Source: Octopus vulgaris (Eukaryota). Taken from it: DNA of 64,000 bases. Made by a program: the position numbers and the translations under genes. The stretch is taken from NCBI GenBank assembly GCA_951406725.2, contig OX597814.1, forward strand, positions 32,674,001 through 32,738,000, given 5' to 3'. Below, in pieces: positions 25,525-40,436 of this stretch. How positions within the stretch are numbered: position 1 is the first letter of the stretch; the number at the start of each line of letters is the position of its first letter. A model generated the notes under the pieces. It worked only from the letters and a program-made list of their open reading frames with translations, did not search any database and was not told where the DNA came from.

Positions 25525-25529
<5 letters not shown>
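25312..25529 (-). mobile_element. Family-A SINE
   Basis: Reverse complement of the family-A body with aaagaaa tail. Head cut by (TA)n. Confidence 0.9.
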
Positions 25530-25582
<53 letters not shown>

Positions 25583-25716
25583 GAACGCTAATATATATAC
25601 GAGGGCATAAACACGTGTGTGTATATGTACATGTAAGCATTAGTCCAATTAATGCTATTGATAATATATATAGCGGGAGGATACAGAGACTTTCAGTAAA
25701 TTACTGCTACCTTCAG

Positions 25717-25731
25717 TCAACAGAAGATAGG
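25717..25731 (+). CDS. Candidate micro-exon E (15 nt, STEDR)
   Basis: Acceptor tactgctaccttcag, donor agg|gtgagc. Symmetric phase 0. A 91-nt intron separates it from the next acceptor. Confidence 0.4.
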
Positions 25732-25822
25732 GTGAGCAGTGTCTGTTATGCATTCATTGTTTATTTACTGCGCTGTTATTATTAAGTATATTTTTGTTAA
25801 TGCCTTCCTTTTTATTCTACAG

Positions 25823-25839
25823 CAATCAAAATGAATAAA
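25823..25839 (+). CDS. Candidate terminal exon F (QSK-stop overlapping AATAAA)
   Basis: Strong acceptor (long pyrimidine tract ending attctacag). caa tca aaa TGA at 25832-25834, AATAAA at 25834-25839, GT/T-rich tract at ~25879-25895. Confidence 0.4.
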
Positions 25840-25894
25840 TAATTACAGAAATATATACTGATGAAAATATTGGACTCATTGGTGTTTTATTTTG

Positions 25895-25895
<1 letters not shown>

Positions 25896-25938
<43 letters not shown>

Positions 25939-25944
25939 TATACA

Positions 25945-25975
<31 letters not shown>

Positions 25976-26066
25976 CATATATACCTATATATATATATAT
26001 ATATATATATACCTGCATATATATATATATATATACATATATACCTACATATATATATATATACCT

Positions 26067-26151
<85 letters not shown>

Positions 26152-26278
26152 AATATACCTACATATATATATGTAGGTATATATATGTATATATATGTAT
26201 GTATATATATATACATATATATATGTGTAGGTATATATATATATATATATGTAGGTATATATGTATATATATATATAA
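25896..26278. repeat. (TA)n array with inverted tacctac/gtaggta units
   Basis: Perfect 30-bp palindrome at 26153-26182. Confidence 0.9.
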
Positions 26279-26289
26279 TTTTAATCCAA

Positions 26290-26410
26290 ACGGGAAACAA
26301 AAAAACAACAACAAGGGAACAATTACAGTATTATTATTAATAGGCGCTCAGGAAATGGAAGCAGGGAGGTATGACGTTTCGAGCGGAGCTCTTCGTCGGA
26401 AACATAAAGA
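26290..26410 (-). mobile_element. Penelope-like terminal segment with minimal hammerhead motif
   Basis: Minus strand reads gttt-CCGACGA-agagc-tcc-gctc-GAAA-cgt-CA-tac. Homologous to 37-165. Confidence 0.6.
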
Positions 26411-26574
26411 AGGAAGAGAGAGGAAAGAAAGATCCCGGAGCGGGCAACGGAGATAGAGAAAAAAACGGCTGGTGTTAGCAGTAGCACATGGTGAAAGGCG
26501 GATGTTTACGATAACAAGAGCAAAGTGGGTTTTTAAAGGCAAAAGAGTGGAGACAAGGTTGGTAACGCAACAGA

Positions 26575-28040
26575 TGTGTGTGTATGTGTGAGTGTGTGCG
26601 TGTGCGTGTGTGTATGTGTGTGTGTGAGGCGAGGTAAAGAAACAAAAAATATATGTATGTGTTAGTGTGTGCGTCTGTGTGTAGGCGTGTGAGGTAGGGC
26701 GAGACGGTGGTCAGCATAGCAGCAGCATAGCAGACAAAGGTCAGTAGTGAGAAAAGGGAGGAAGGAGGAAGGGAGGGAGGGGAAGGGGTGGGGGCGTATG
26801 TAGCGTGCCAGCGTGTGTTGAGTAGTAGTGTGTGTGTGTGTCCAGTGTCGTGGTAGTATTAGTGGCGAGTAGATTGAATGTGTGTAAGAGTGATGTATAT
26901 GTTTAAGCAGTGTGTGTATATGTGTGCGCGTGTGTGTAACGAAAAAAAGGGGGGGGGGGTTTAGGAAAAGGACTCCAGCGGGGGGAAGATGGAAGAGTGG
27001 TCCCGCGGAGACGGGCGTGGGAAAACCCAACGACAAGCGACATCCCAGGAACGGGCGGGAGGTCTCGTCGGGTCCAAGGGCGAGGTGCATGCGGGCGCAT
27101 GCGTGCGCGAACCGGCGCAAACGCGTGTGTGCGCGAGCCTGCGAGTGTGCGCGTACGTATGTGTGCGTGTGGATGTGTGAGTGTGTCTGTGTGTATGTCT
27201 GGGTGGCAGTGTGTCCGATGAATGTATGTGAGTATGTGTGTATATATGTGTGTGCATAGATGTATGTCCGTGTGTGTGTGTGTGTGTGTATGTGTGTATG
27301 AGTGTGTATGTATGTACGTGTGGGTGTGGGGAAGTGTGTGTATGTGCATGTGTGTGCGCGAACATACAGGTGTGTGAGTGAGTGCGTGTGTGTGTATGTA
27401 TGTGTGAGTGTGTATGTATGTGTGTGTAGGATGCATGTATGTGTATGGGTGTATGTATGCGTGTGTGTATGTATGTATGTGTACGTGCGTGTGTGTGTGT
27501 GTGTATGCGTGTAGGTGTGCGCGTGTGCATGCGTGCATGTATGTGCGTGTGTGTGTGTGTGTGTGCATGTGTGTGGGTATATATGTGTGTGCGTATATGT
27601 GTGTGTATGTGCGTACATGTGTGTGTGTGTGCATGTGTGTGTGTAGGTGTGTAGGCGTGTGTGTATAGGTGTATGTATGTAAGTATGTATGGGTGTGTCC
27701 GTGTATGTGTGTATGTATGTGTGTGTATGTAGCTGTGTGGGCGTGTGTATATGTGTGTGTATGTAGGTGTGTAGGCGTGTGTATATAGGTGTATGTATGT
27801 ATGTCTGGGTGTGTCCGTGCATGTTTGTGTGTGTGTGTGTGTGCATGTGTATGTAGGTGTGTGTGTACGTGTGTAATGTATGTGTGTATGCGTGTGTATG
27901 CGTGCGTGTGTGTATGTAGGTGCGTGTGTATGTGTGTGGGAGTGTAGGTGTGTGTGTGCGTGTGCGTGTTTATGTTGGTGTGTGCGTATGTGAGTGTGAG
28001 TGTATGAGTGTTTGTCATGCATGTGTGTGCGCGTGCAGGT
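26575..28040. repeat. Cryptic GT-rich simple-sequence block with a GC-rich island at ~26950-27150
   Basis: Degenerate (GT)/(GTAT) mosaic. Source of the 370-420 aa HT-rich pseudo-ORFs. Confidence 0.85.
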
Positions 28041-28068
28041 GATATATATATATATATATATGTAGGTA

Positions 28069-28112
<44 letters not shown>

Positions 28113-28132
28113 TGTAGGTATATATGTATATA

Positions 28133-28193
<61 letters not shown>

Positions 28194-28621
28194 AGGTGTA
28201 TATAAATATATATATATCATTTTGTTTTGTTCGCTTATATGGGTCGGGAGTTGTTTTGTTATATTCTTAGAACTGATGACAAGAAAAACACCAGACTTTC
28301 CTGATTTATAAGTTGAGTATTTATTTTTATATTTTTATGTGTATGTGTTTACGAATGTGCATGTGCGCGCACGCGAGAGAGAGAGAGAGAGAGAGCGGGG
28401 GTTTAGAAGTGGGGTAGAGAAAAGAAAGGTAGAAAGAAAGACAGAACGGTTGTGATGGTATAGATGAATGTACGCCATGAAAAACTGAACGTTAGCATTT
28501 AAATACAAATAAATACAAATAAATCAATGGTATTTCAGTGTCTTATAGAAAGGAAAGCATAAATAGACACACACATTTATATGTTTATATATATATATAT
28601 ATATATATAAACATATAAATT

Positions 28622-28701
<80 letters not shown>

Positions 28702-28879
28702 TATAGATAGATAGATATGTTTCTTTATTAGCCACACAGGGCTGAACATAGAGGGGACAAATTACAAGGTAGAGCTTTTCTTTTGGGGGTAAAAAAAAGG
28801 CGGTTTGGTTTTCGATCAAAAGGGATCGTAAAAAGAAAGAAAGAAGACAAAAAAGGGGGGATAAAATTTTTTTTTAAAA

Positions 28880-28922
<43 letters not shown>

Positions 28923-29664
28923 TAGATATAGATATAGGTATGTGTGCATGTGTCTGCATTTGTGTGTGTGTGAAATAGATACGTTGATGCATGCCTACAT
29001 GCAATAAATACATCCAAATAGACTGAAGATATTACTCTTAAACGTTTTTACGTCAAACAAGCGAATATCTACCTTTCTTTTAACTCCCGACATCTCTCTC
29101 TCTCTCTCTTAATATCCTCATCTTTCTATACCTTCTTCACTCTTCTCCTCTCCGCCTTACCTTCTCCCCGTCTATCACTCTCTCTTTCATTCCCTCTTCT
29201 CTCTCCGCCTACCTCTCTCTGCCGTTTCCCCCCTCCTCTCTCTCTCTCTCTCTTTCATTCCCTCTGTCTCCCTTTCTATGTGTTCGTGTAGGCGCGCTTG
29301 TGTTTTGAGATTCATGTTAATTGATATGTCTAGTTTGTGGAAGAAAACAAAAACGATTTGTTGGGCAGTAAAGAAAAACTGTAATATTTATTCATGGGAA
29401 AAGAACAACCAGTAGTCATATATCTGCGAGTGTCTATATATTCATACATATACGCATACATGTATAAATATACACACACATACACACACATATATAAGTA
29501 TGTATATATGTGTGTATACGAGGACATATGTATATATACACGCACACACACACACACATATAAATACACAAACAAACACTCACACACGCATTTATGAAAA
29601 AAAAACATGGTAACAAAACAGCTACAAAGAGACAATAAACGCCAACGAGTAGGTCAAACTCTCT

Positions 29665-30024
29665 CTCTTTTACTTGTTTCAGTCATTTGACCGCGGCCAT
29701 GCTGGAGCACCGCCTTTAGTCGAGCATATCGACCCCGGGACTTATTCATTGTAAGCCCAGTACTTATTCTATCGGTCTCTTTTGCCGAACGACGGCGACG
29801 TAAACACACCAGCATCGGTTGTCAAGCAATGCTAGGGGGACAAACACAGACACACAAGCACACACACACATACATATATATACATATACATATATACGAC
29901 AGGCTTCTTTCAGTTTCCGTCTACCAAATCCACTCACAAGGCATTGGTCGGCCCGGGGCTATAGCAGAAGACACTTGCCCAAGATGCCACGCAGTGGGAC
30001 TGAACCCGGAACCATGTGGCTGGT
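29665..30024 (-). mobile_element. Family-B SINE, young subfamily, 5'-truncated
   Basis: Nearly identical to 55502-55929 (shared ccccgggccgaccaatg). Confidence 0.9.
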
Positions 30025-30065
30025 TATTCCTGTCATATAAACAAAAAAAAAAATGAGAATATAAG

Positions 30066-30145
30066 ATGGCAATGCTGATGATAATAGCGATGACGACGAG
30101 GAGGACGACGACGACGATGAAGATGACGATGGTGATGATGATGAC

Positions 30146-30189
<44 letters not shown>

Positions 30190-30223
30190 CGATGATGATG
30201 ATGATGATGATGATGACGATGAC

Positions 30224-30277
<54 letters not shown>

Positions 30278-30325
30278 AACGATGATGATGACGATGACGA
30301 TGACGATGATGATGATGATGATGAT

Positions 30326-30364
<39 letters not shown>

Positions 30365-30463
30365 AATGATGATGATGAAGATGATGATGACGATGACGAT
30401 GACGATGATCATGATGATGATGATGATGATGATAATGACGATGACGATGACGACGATGACGAT
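30066..30463. repeat. (GAT/GAC)n trinucleotide array
   Basis: Direct inspection. Confidence 0.96.
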
Positions 30464-30609
30464 ATATATATGTATGTATTTCACTGGTGGGGCACTAGTA
30501 TGGACATATCCTTAGGGCTGAAACATAAAGGAATAAAATAATACACACACACGCACACACACACACGCACACGCACACTCACACACACATATTCATAATG
30601 CATAGTCAT

Positions 30610-30657
<48 letters not shown>

Positions 30658-30763
30658 ATATCTTCTCTATATGAATACATGCAGACGCAGACGCACGTAC
30701 ATGTATATACTTATACGTATGCATATTTATATACTCACGCAGGTACTTAATCATGCGTGGCTA

Positions 30764-30801
<38 letters not shown>

Positions 30802-31212
30802 CAATATATATGTATTTGTGTTTGTGTTGTATGTGAGAGTGTCTCTCTATGTATATGTGCGTATATACGTTGTTTTACTACATATGTAATTATGTATATA
30901 TGAAAGATAAACAAATAGACAGACAGAGAGACAGATAGATAGAGAGAGAGAGATAGGCAGATCGATCGATACATTGATAGATACGTACATACAATACATA
31001 CATACATATATACATACATCCAGATCGATAGATAGAGATACAGACATACAGACAGATAGACAGACAGATAGATAGATATATAGATAGATAGATAGATAGA
31101 CATGCGTATATATATATGTGTATGATTGTTTATATACCTACCTACCTACCCACCTACCTTTACCTGCCTACTTACCTACCTACCTACCTACCTACATACA
31201 TACATACATACA

Positions 31213-31245
<33 letters not shown>

Positions 31246-31705
31246 TCATGCATCCATACACACACGTCCTAGATACTTGAAGGCGGTGCCCCATCATGGT
31301 CGCAGTTCAAAGAATGAAACCACTATCAGAATATGCCCGCTTGCGCGCCTGTGTGCGCGTGCGCACGTGTCGACTATCATTCCATCAGTACTTACTGACA
31401 ATTAGCATAAATTGATGCGTACGCCTATAGACACAAACGAATTCACAAAAATATATGCCTACATAATTATAAGTGTTGCCTATATTGTATGACTATATAT
31501 ACAGATATATTAAACATACTGAAAAATTAAGACTATTCTCAGAATGAACTACATTTATGCTATGTAGGTGAGCACCTCGCCTAAACTGCAATCACAATGA
31601 CTATTATTCCTCTAAATGCCAGAAAATAATTCAACCTTCAACAGTTGTTCTCAGTTTTTAAAATTCTTCAAATAAGACTAATATTGGTGTTTTTTATTAT
31701 TTTCT

Positions 31706-31970
31706 TTATGCGCCCTTTTCAAGCCTAGCCAGGTTAATGGGCCTGGTTTCCCAGTTTCTATGGTGTATGTGTTCCCCCCAGCTGGACGTGACGCCAGAAA
31801 CAGGAAACAGGAAGAAAGGGTGAGAGAAAGTTGGGGCGAAAGAGGACAACAGGTGTCGCCAGCATCCCTCGTGGAGCTTTAGGTGTTTTCGCTCAATAAA
31901 CACGCACAACGCCCGATCTGGGAATCGAAACCACGATCCTCTGCCCAAACCACTGTGCCATTGCGCTCCA
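31706..31970 (-). mobile_element. Family-C SINE with internal deletions
   Basis: Reverse complement of the tRNA head and ctggcgtcacgtccagctgggg tail. Confidence 0.8.
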
Positions 31971-33074
31971 CAATTTCCACAATATTGGAGTACTTGTCTT
32001 ATATCGGGGCCATGATGCTGTCTAACGCATGCGCACACAAACATATATACATACCTCTCTCCCCCTCCCTCCCTCCCTACCTAACTACCTACCTACATAT
32101 CTACCTACCTACCTATATATATACATACGTAGTGGATACAGATATGTATATAAGGTCCAATCCCTGTGGCATTTTTTGGCTTTTTGTGCCTCCAGTCCTT
32201 GTAGCATTTTGCGGCTTTTGTGCATCAGGGCCCCTTAAATCTATGCCAGCAGAGCGCAAGCTCCTGCTAGGGCCTCCTATGTTGGACACATCAAAAGGTA
32301 CAGGTCGGTCGAATATGAACCATTTCTCCTCAGATGTAAAGGTGGTTTTGTGAAGGGCTAAAATCCTTACCTATAGTAGTGCAAGATACAGAAGCATCAA
32401 TAACAATTCAAAACCTGAGTGAGGAACTGCCCAAGTTGAGAAGAGTAAAGAAAAGTTGTCGATGGTCTATGCTCCACAAGGAGTAAAGGTCTTTAAAGTT
32501 AGTAAAAATACACATGCGCACAAGCACACATGCAAAAGAACTACATTCAAGCATCTATCATTATCTGACAGATGCATGGTTTCTAATCCTGTCGTTTCTA
32601 TCTCTGCAAGAGCTACCTCAGTTCCTCTGAAGTAGCTTCCTTCATGCCTTTGGATGACAATGTTCACTCTCCTGCACAGAAATTATCCTCAGACTGGAGA
32701 AGTAGCACGAATACTAATGGTAATCGCAGAGCCAGGCGATTATGTTAAATCGAATGATGCCTTAAATCTGCCACCGAAGAATGCGTTGGTGGAAATTTGA
32801 ACTTAGAATCCAAAGTACCGAAAAATTGCTACTTCGATGTTCTTATATTTCCACTAATCCAACGCACTGGATTGGTATTTTTTTTCTGCAGCACTTGAAA
32901 GGGTTAAATGCAGAACTGATATTGCAAGGATTTGAACACAGAGAAGAAAACTCAGAAGAAAAATGTCAGAAGAAATACTGTGAGATCAGACGCTTTAACG
33001 ATTCTGTCATTTTACCGCCTTAATTATGTATTCATTTCATCCAACGAAACACTTTTACACACGAAACACTTCCG

Positions 33075-33900
33075 ATTTCTTTACTACCCACAGAAGGGAC
33101 AAACAAGGACAGACAAACGCATTAGGTCGATTATATCGACCCCAGTGCGTAACTGGTACATATTTAATCGACCCCGAAAGAGTGAAAGGCAAAGTCGACC
33201 CCGGAGGAATTCGAACTGAGAACGTAGCGGCAGACGAACTACAGCTAAGCATTTTGCCCAGTGTGCTAACGTTTCTGCCAGCCCGACGCCTTCAACACGA
33301 AACATTTCTTTCGCAATAGACAGTATCGTGAATAGTAATGATTTTCTTGCGTTTATTATCATGGCTATATCGGTGTTAGTAACAGTTGTGTAAGATCTAT
33401 TGAACCCAACCGCTTTTGGGAGAGATTTTTGACGATCGAGTGTTAAAACTCCACGAAGTTGAACTGGATGAATTTACGACTGGGATTATCTTTAATATTG
33501 TTAAACCATGACATCTTCATGGGGTGATACTTGAAGTGACTCTGATGTGTCGCATGATATAATCTAGTATACATTTGTTAATAATGTCTATATCACTTTT
33601 CGAGGGATTTATCAGTCTTGTATGAAATTGTCTTTATACACATGTATTTATATATAAGGCAGCGATCTGTCAGAAGCGTTAGCACGCCGGGCGAAATGTT
33701 TAGAGGTATTTCGTTTGTCTTTACGTTCTGAGTTCAAATTCCGCCGAGGTCGACTTTGCCTTTCACCCTTTCGGGGTCGATTAAATAAGTACCAGTTATG
33801 CACTGGGGTCGATATAATCGACTTAATCCCTTTGTCTGTCCTTGTTTGTCTCCTCTGTGTCTGTCCTGTGTTTGTTCCCCTCTGGGCAGTAAAGAAATAA
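33075..33900. mobile_element. Oppositely oriented family-A SINE pair (33075-33292 minus; 33658-33900 plus)
   Basis: Both match the family-A sequence seen elsewhere in the window. Confidence 0.9.
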
Positions 33901-33982
33901 CATATACGTATGTATGCTTAACTGCATACGCATACATGCACAAATATATATATGTATCTATATGTCTATATACATATATAGA

Positions 33983-34056
<74 letters not shown>

Positions 34057-34058
<2 letters not shown>

Positions 34059-34354
34059 TGAATGAATTATCCTATGTTTATTGAGTAGGTGAATGAATTA
34101 TCCTATGTTTATCGTCAGCACGGAAAATTCGTTTAGCCGAAACCTGAGTAGTAAATTCACGTAAGAAAACACGGTTGAAGCGACCTGTCAAGGGTAGAAA
34201 CTCCGGGTTCATGTGTAGAAATTTGTGTGTTGTATATGAATAAATGAAAGAATAGAGTCGAACGAAGATGTTAACAAAATTCCTTTACTCTCGACACATG
34301 TTTCGAAGACAGCATATTTTTATTCCGAAGGAATAAAGGGTGCATTATGCCATC

Positions 34355-34357
<3 letters not shown>
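34057..34357 (-). mobile_element. Penelope-like terminal fragment with the 3' half of a hammerhead, inside (TA)n
   Basis: Minus strand reads gaagatggcata...tttattcc-ttc-ggaataaa...tatgctgtcttc-GAAA-catgt-GTC-gagag. A 25-bp direct repeat lies at 34057 and 34088. Confidence 0.55.
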
Positions 34358-34397
<40 letters not shown>

Positions 34398-34591
34398 TTC
34401 ATGCGTATATACATATATACCTACACACGCACAGATACAGAAGTATATCTCTGTGTGTGTGTGTGTGTGTTCGCGCGCGCATGTGTGCGTGCGTATGTGC
34501 TTGTGTATGCATGTATTTATACCAGCATTTCTTTCAATAGCCTCGACCAAGTTTTGAATATCCACAACTGAAACATCCCTTTATAAACTAA

Positions 34592-34976
34592 CTAGCAGTA
34601 TCGCCCGGCGTTGCTCAGGTTTGTAAGGGAAATAACTATAAAGCATTTTTAGAGAGTTATAGCCAAAAAATAGCAAAAGAAATGGAACAAAATGATGGTA
34701 AATTTTTTTTGAGAGTAAAAAAAGGTGGAGTTGCGTTCCCTAGACAGTTTGCGGTTTGTGTTTCTGATTCTCGACCCCATGTCGAATTTATCGATTTTTT
34801 TCAGAACTGGGGGAACTTTTCAAAATTTTCGCTGCGTTAGTTTTGAATTATGACATTGGGCTATGTGTGTGTCAAGTTTCATCAGAATCGGTTGAAAGCC
34901 GTGGTCAGGGTGAGGGTACAAGCAAACAGACACACAGAAACACGCACAGACAAACTGTCGTTTATATAGAGAGAGA
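34592..34976 (-). mobile_element. Non-autonomous Helitron
   Basis: Minus strand A|TCtctctctatataaac start, same 3' hairpin and CTAG|T as 23752-24145. Confidence 0.88.
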
Positions 34977-36632
34977 TGATCAATGCAGACATGAACGTAT
35001 ACAATAAAACCAATCGCATAATTGAACAACAGCAAGACGATAATTCATAGTAATATAAATAACAAGATTAAATAAACGGAAAGAATTATTAATAAATAAT
35101 CCACACCGCATTCGTTGATCTAAAAGCTAATGGTATCAAAATAAACATTTATAAACCAAACAGGTGTTATTATATGATAAATAACATTAATAATCGCTAA
35201 AACGCAAGAAGCATAATCGCATTTTTGTAAACTTGTAATTAATCATTTAAATTAATCATTTTAGTAAACTCATATCCAAAACCTGTTTTTGTGATATATT
35301 GGTTTGTTTTATTTCGGTTTAGTACAGGTATTAAAGGAAATTTTCGGATTTTTGTATAATTATGTACTAACACATGCACACGCAATTAAATTAACAAAAG
35401 GCATATGGAAACTTTGAAAAATAAAAAAAATAATACAAGTAGAATATTATACCAACTTCTCATTCGAGTCTGGCAGACTGTTTAAACAAGATGGAGGGCA
35501 GCAGGGTGGCAGGTACGTGGTGGTGGTGGGTGGTTTAGAAGGAGGAAGAGGAGGAGGAGGAGGAGGAGGAGAAGGAGGAGTCATTTGTTTTAAAACTCTA
35601 AGGAACTATATAATTCTGCCTCAGAGGCATCTTGATCTTTTATGAACATCTTGTTATATTCATTTATGCGTTCCCCATATTTGATAACATAAAATCACAT
35701 GATGCAACAGTTAAGAACTAGAAATCACTCGCATTTAGTCGGTATGTACGAATATATTTCAAATCAATTCTTGATTTGTGAAAGTCTAGAAACATTTGAT
35801 ATGGATTTAGGATTCCAACAGTTCGAAACCAACTGTAGAAAGCTAATTAGAACATGTATGTATGTATGTATGTATGTATGTATGTATGTATGTATGTATA
35901 TATGTATGTATGCATGCATGTATGTACGTACGTTATGCTTATGCCTAAGCGAAGTAGTTATGTATTCTCCATATGAGTGTGTGTGTGTGTGTGTGGAATT
36001 GCAATAATTTTATCAATTATAATTCTTCAGTTTTTAATCCAATCCAGAATTAACTAACCAGAAAATGGTAAAAGGAAATGAGGCCAATTCGTACACCCTG
36101 AATGTGTCACTTATCTACTGAAATCATAGCGTTAGTTAAAATATTATACTGGTAAGACGTACAACAAAATGAACTTTTGGTGACAATTTTATCTTATTTG
36201 GCATAACGTGTCGCATTCGCGTAACAAAATAAATATACTCTAAGGAAAGACTGCAAAATAATTAAAATGGTTAATAGATTAATGTATGGTGAGTAGATTA
36301 ATGCCTAGATCATATAGATCATATTCATTAAATAATTAGAATTGAAATTTAGAAAATACATTAGATTTATGAAATTAATAGGAATCTTTCTGTAAAATGA
36401 CATATTCTCGGTAAGCCAACAACGACGAAATGTTATTCGTATTAAGAATAATTTTAGTTGAGATAATAATGCCTCTGGGAGAAGAATATGTGTCATGAAA
36501 CCCAATCATTGTCACGTAGGAGACAAAAGCACAAATCATCTAAGGATGAAAGTCTGCATTGTTTATCAAGCTGGTATTTGATGAAATAATTTCGTAATCA
36601 TTTCTTATTCTTGCACAAAACATACATGAAAA

Positions 36633-36666
<34 letters not shown>

Positions 36667-36676
36667 TGCGTGTGTT

Positions 36677-36708
<32 letters not shown>

Positions 36709-37632
36709 CGTGTGCGTATGCGCGCTCAGGGAAAATAGACCGTTGATGTGTGGTACGTGTCTTTCTCAAGGCCATTAATGGGATAAAAGAAACAAATTTC
36801 TCGTAACCGTAAACCGAAAGAATACCAATAGCAAAAACAATAAAAATAAAAACAACTAGTACTGTTCGTACTATTATTACTACCATTTAGAAGCAGTAAA
36901 AACTGGGAAAACAATGGTAGTTTTGCGTCAAAGTTTTCGATCACAAATTAAAACATTCCATAGTGAACGTAAGATTTCCAAGGGTAAAATGGGCGAAAAT
37001 ATAGGACAAAATACAATACGAAGCAACAGCAGAGCCAACATATAAGCATGCACGTCTGTAATGTGTGTGCAAGTTTGTGTATATATTTACCTGTGTGCGT
37101 GAGGGATGGATGCATTTGTGTGGCTGTGTAAGCCATAAATGTGCCAAAGCTAACTTAAAGCTCACGATCTTCATATCAAAAACTGTATAGGCACCATCCT
37201 ATTCACTCGTAAAAGGATCATCTTCGTTAATTCTTCTTAATTCCGATATCTCTGGCACAGTCATCAATTTTTGGCGCCTCCGTTTCATATCAAGATAAAC
37301 AGTGCGTAACCTTGCAGATGGGCCAAGTTAGGAATTTTCTTCAGGTCAAGTAGCCCATCCCACACAAAACAGTCCTGAATAAGGTGTGTTTTTATAGACG
37401 ACGAACAAAACACCACTCCTGCTCGTGATCAGAGATGTACGTATTGTCAAGCACTAAGGGACATGCTCAAATAGTTAAGGTTAAACAACTGATAAGCAAA
37501 TCTGTTGTATCGAGAAGAATACTTGCTGTAGACCATCATTTATACTAAGACAAAACAATGTACATGATAACACTTCTAATCAGCTAAGATCAGAAGCCAT
37601 GAGAGCCACTGCCTGCTACTGCATCAGGGAAC

Positions 37633-37953
37633 TTATTATTATTATTATTATTATTCTATGTTTGACTTTTGCTTTATGTCTGTACAAGTTGGCTCCAAGT
37701 CTCACCCAGAGACCTCAAGAGACAACAGGTTGGAAGTTCTGTGCCATATATTTGGGGGGTTTTTTTTCCCATTTTTTTTTGTGTTGTACTAGTGAATGTC
37801 TAATACATAAAAAAAAAAAATAAAATAAAAATAAAAATTTTGTTTTAAACCTTGGGATTACATAGAGAGTATTTTGCGTAGGATATGAGCAGTTCCCATG
37901 AGCACTATCTTTTGAATTTCTGCCATTTTGGGGTTTCCTGGTATCTGAGTTAG

Positions 37954-37954
<1 letters not shown>
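37633..37954 (-). mobile_element. 5'-truncated R4/Dong-like non-LTR retrotransposon in (TAA)n
   Basis: Encodes LTQIPGNPKMAEIQKIVLMGTAHILRKILSM-stop (R4-clade IQK..L.GTA.ILR.L end), then ~200-bp 3' UTR. (TAA)n on both sides. Confidence 0.8.
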
Positions 37955-38971
<1,017 letters not shown>

Positions 38972-39676
38972 CTAATATAGGTGTAAGACTTGAAATTTGA
39001 GATGATGCCGTTAATTGATGACATCAACTCCAGTACATCACTATATGCCATCCTATCAACCCCCGGAGGGATAAAAGGAACAGTTGATCACGCTCGGATT
39101 TGAACTCAGAATTTGAAGAGCCGGAACAAATACAATAATGCATTTTTTTCGAGAAACTTTACTACTACAACAACAACTACTACTACTGCTGCTGCTATTA
39201 CTACTACTGCTACTACTTCTACTACTACTGACAGTTACAACAGCAACAACAACAACAACAACAACAATAACAATAATAATAAGCCTGAGGGGTGATGGAG
39301 TTGACAATATCAGTGCTGATGGATTCAAATCACGAAGGAGATGTACTAACAGCAATTCATTTACTTGACTAGTCATGTGACAAACACCTTGCCTTCTGCA
39401 AGACATTTGTGGCCAGAAGCATCTCCGATCATTAATCAGATGAAGCCATGCAATTAGACAAAACTAGCCTGAGTGTATGGACGGGGTACTAATCTGTCTC
39501 TCTGTGTCAATGAACCTATATTAAATGCCAACGGCTGATTTTGACCCACGAGGAAAATATCATGTCAAGAATTTTTGTCTGATGAGAATAAAAGATACAA
39601 ACTATTTCCGTGTGTTTTAATTAATTAATATATTTATTTACTTGTTTATTTAATACCGTACTTACCTTGTATGTCT

Positions 39677-39677
39677 G

Positions 39678-39742
<65 letters not shown>

Positions 39743-39754
39743 TTATCTACCTAT

Positions 39755-39795
<41 letters not shown>

Positions 39796-39808
39796 AATCA
39801 ATCAATCA

Positions 39809-39857
<49 letters not shown>

Positions 39858-39858
39858 C

Positions 39859-39899
<41 letters not shown>

Positions 39900-39912
39900 A
39901 ATCAATCAATCA

Positions 39913-39967
<55 letters not shown>
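39677..39967. repeat. (TATC)n array
   Basis: Direct inspection. Confidence 0.96.
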
Positions 39968-40385
39968 AGCACGTGTGTGTATGTGTGTGTAAACATATAC
40001 ACATATGTGTACTTATCAAATTGAGGATAAATGGCTAATAAGGAAATTTTAAAATTTCAATAAAAATGCCAAATGTCGAACACAGTCATGTCTTCAATAT
40101 GACATTTATGTGTGTGTATGCATGTATGTATGCATGTATGTATGCATGTATGTATGCATGTATGTAGTTATGCATGTATGCATACATGTATGTATGTATG
40201 CATGTATGCATGTATGTATGTATGTATGTATGTATGTATGTATGTATGTATGTATGTATGGCCGTTATTGGCTATTCCGTAGTAATGGTAAAAAAAGAAA
40301 TCTTATCGTGTGCTGTTGAAATGAATGTAGAACTGCATGGTTAAGCAAATGAAATTCTTAACTATACTCTAATGCCTACGCTTAT

Positions 40386-40436
<51 letters not shown>

